Part shown: one piece after another, positions 61,981 to 64,000 of the stretch
Position numbering within the stretch: position 1 is the stretch's first letter
Layout: each line of letters starts with the position of its first letter
Origin: Hemiscyllium ocellatum
Lineage: Eukaryota
Assembly: GCF_020745735.1 (NCBI RefSeq)
Contig: NW_026867487.1
Span: forward strand, 4,543,239 to 4,607,238
Length of the DNA: 64,000 nucleotides
Direction of reading: 5' to 3'
Translations under genes and position numbers: made by a program
Notes under the pieces: generated by a model
Told to the model about the DNA's origin: nothing
Databases searched by the model: none
Seen by the model: only the letters and a program-made list of their open reading frames with translations

Positions 61981-63234
61981 TCAGTTGAAGGAGGTTTTCT
62001 CTTGTTAACACCAAAGAGTGAACATTGATCTTTGGCAGTTAAAATAGTGGTAATACTTTTGGACCTGGTTTTTAAATGATCGCAACACCATTGTACATGC
62101 ACATATTCACACTGGATAGAGACTGTCCATCTGTGTGCTGCAATAACAAGTAAAGCTGTTGAAGAAATTCAGCAGAACTGGAAGCCTCTGTGCAGAGGAA
62201 TAATTGGAATTGAGACACTATCTGTTTTGCCACAGTGCTGGCAGACCTGCTGAGTTTCTCCAGCACATTTTTCAGAAACACCTTGCAAGATCCTTGTTTA
62301 CTGATACCATAAGTACTGAAAGCCAGTCAAATACTCCTGTACTCAATGGGGATAGATTTTTTTTTAAAGTATTAAAACCCTGCGGATTTCAGTGTTACAA
62401 GAACATGACTTCACAGAGATTTAAGAAAAAAAAGGGAAATGAAATCCTGCAACACTGAAAAGAACACAGATGGGGACAGGTCCCATGCCATTAGAAAGCG
62501 ATAAATTAAATGTAGACAGTTTCAGGTCAGACATCTTCAAAAGGAACACTTCCCAGCATTAACACTAACCCCTATTGCACACCCTCCTCACCAGTCAATG
62601 TGGTTGTTTAAGAATGAAAGTTAATGTGTTGCCAACTTCCCCAACTGGTCACACTCTTGATGAAGGATGATTCCTAGCTCAGCTTTGATTGCAAAACACT
62701 GTTTTATTTTTAGCAATGTATGGGAAACAAACCTGCAGGTTCACTTCCAGTCAGAAACAGATCACAGCTTTACACTAATCTCTGATTTAAACCACAATTC
62801 CAGCGCTCACTGTTCGTCCGCTGATCCTAAACCCAGGTGTAAATGAGGTTCTGTTCCATGTCTAGGAGCTCTGTGCCATGGAAGACAGTGGTTGGGACAC
62901 ATGTCTTACACTACCACAGGATTAACCCACACCAAGGCTTTGCTGTTATAGAAGAGAGACAAGAAAGACCAAAGTGCCATTGGTCCCCCTCAGTGTGACC
63001 CGAAAGATGTGTCCAGGCTGAAGTCTGCTGCATGCCATACGATCTTGCCCCAAGACTGTCCTTTCTGAGCTCCAGGTGGTATTGAACACTCGGAGGAGAA
63101 ACACAACAATCCACAGCAACGTGTTTGAAACAAAGCTGATTTAATCGAAATTTCTCCAAAATATTAAACTCCAGTTGAATATAACAGGTCATTGACATCA
63201 GCAGAAACAACCTTCAATGGTCGGAATTTTAAAA

Positions 63235-63790
63235 ATTCAAACATTACAGCACAGATCGAGGCCACTTGACCTACGGTGTTTGTGTGGTTTATATAGAACT
63301 ATCCAGGCTGACCCTATTTGGCAGATTTTAATCCATAACCCTGTCCATTCTGCATTTCAAGCATATCCTTTCATGTTTCTTTCTAATGTGATGAAGATGA
63401 CTGCCTTTACCACCCTGTCACTCGGTGAGTTCCAACTTCCCACTATCTCTAGGTGAAATGACCTGCCCCCACCCACCCCCTCCACTTCTGTGAATTACAT
63501 TAAATCTAAAGCCTCCAATTACTGACCTTCCTGTTAATGAATAGCTCCTTCCTGTCTACACTATAGGGACTCCTCATAATCTCATCACTTCAATTAAATC
63601 TCACCTCTGTCTCCTGTTCCACAGAAAACAACCCCAGCCTGACCAATTTTTCGTTTCAGCTAAAATTCTCCAATCCTGAAAACATCTCGTCAATCTCCTT
63701 TAATATGGTCTCTGGTGTGATGACATATATCCCAGAATATGGGGACCAGAACTCAGTGCAATGCTTTAGCTCGAGTCAAATGCATGTTCT
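63235..63790 (-). mobile_element. Old CR1 3' fragment
   Basis: ggggaccagaactcagtgcaatgct is an antisense degenerate CVQFWSP. Confidence 0.6.
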
Positions 63791-63799
63791 TCTCAATCA

Positions 63800-64000
63800 C
63801 AAGCATTGTGTCCCTGGCATCGCAGAAAGACAGTGATGAAGAAGGCACTTGACATACTTGGCTTCACTGGTCACAGCACTGAGTACAGGAATTAAAGGCT
63901 ACAGGGAGAATGCTGGTAAGTGGAGTTGAAATGTCCATCAGCCATGATTGAATGGCGGAGTGGATTCGATGGGCCAAATGGCCTTACTTCCACTCCTATG
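63800..64000 (+). mobile_element. CR1 3' tail (same family as 51355-52350)
   Basis: gagaatgctggtaagtggag..gatgggccaaatggccttacttccactcctatg. Confidence 0.8.

Noticed and set aside
1-64000. CRISPR arrays, operons or other prokaryotic systems
   Set aside because: No repeat-spacer arrays; the sequence is intron-containing vertebrate DNA.

Overview
Eukaryotic vertebrate genomic DNA. The repeat landscape (HE1-type V-SINEs, HER1/CR1 LINEs, Penelope-like elements) points to an elasmobranch (shark); this is an inference. The left ~26 kb is a small cluster of two-exon GPR139/GPR142-like class A GPCR genes: two intact paralogs on + (join 2050..2119,3474..4375 and join 13231..13300,14956..15851) and a decayed third copy on - (promoter and exon 1 only, ~25.8-26.0 kb). 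The two intact genes share a short upstream motif at a fixed distance from the ATG that resembles an O/E (EBF) site, and the third copy retains homologous upstream sequence. The right ~34 kb is a C2H2 zinc-finger cluster: two intact 11-finger genes with no effector domain, diverging from homologous CpG promoters (30991..31977 - and 50169..51095 +), plus two ZNF pseudogenes. Most of the remainder is nested retroelements: CR1, L2-like, Rex1, RTE, SINEs, a solo LTR with a 4-bp TSD, a decayed retrovirus-like element, and more than 15 Penelope-derived pieces carrying minimal hammerhead-ribozyme cores, many inserted as fold-backs with 13-19 bp TSDs. There is one 137-nt N gap. Repeat boundaries are approximate unless a TSD is given.
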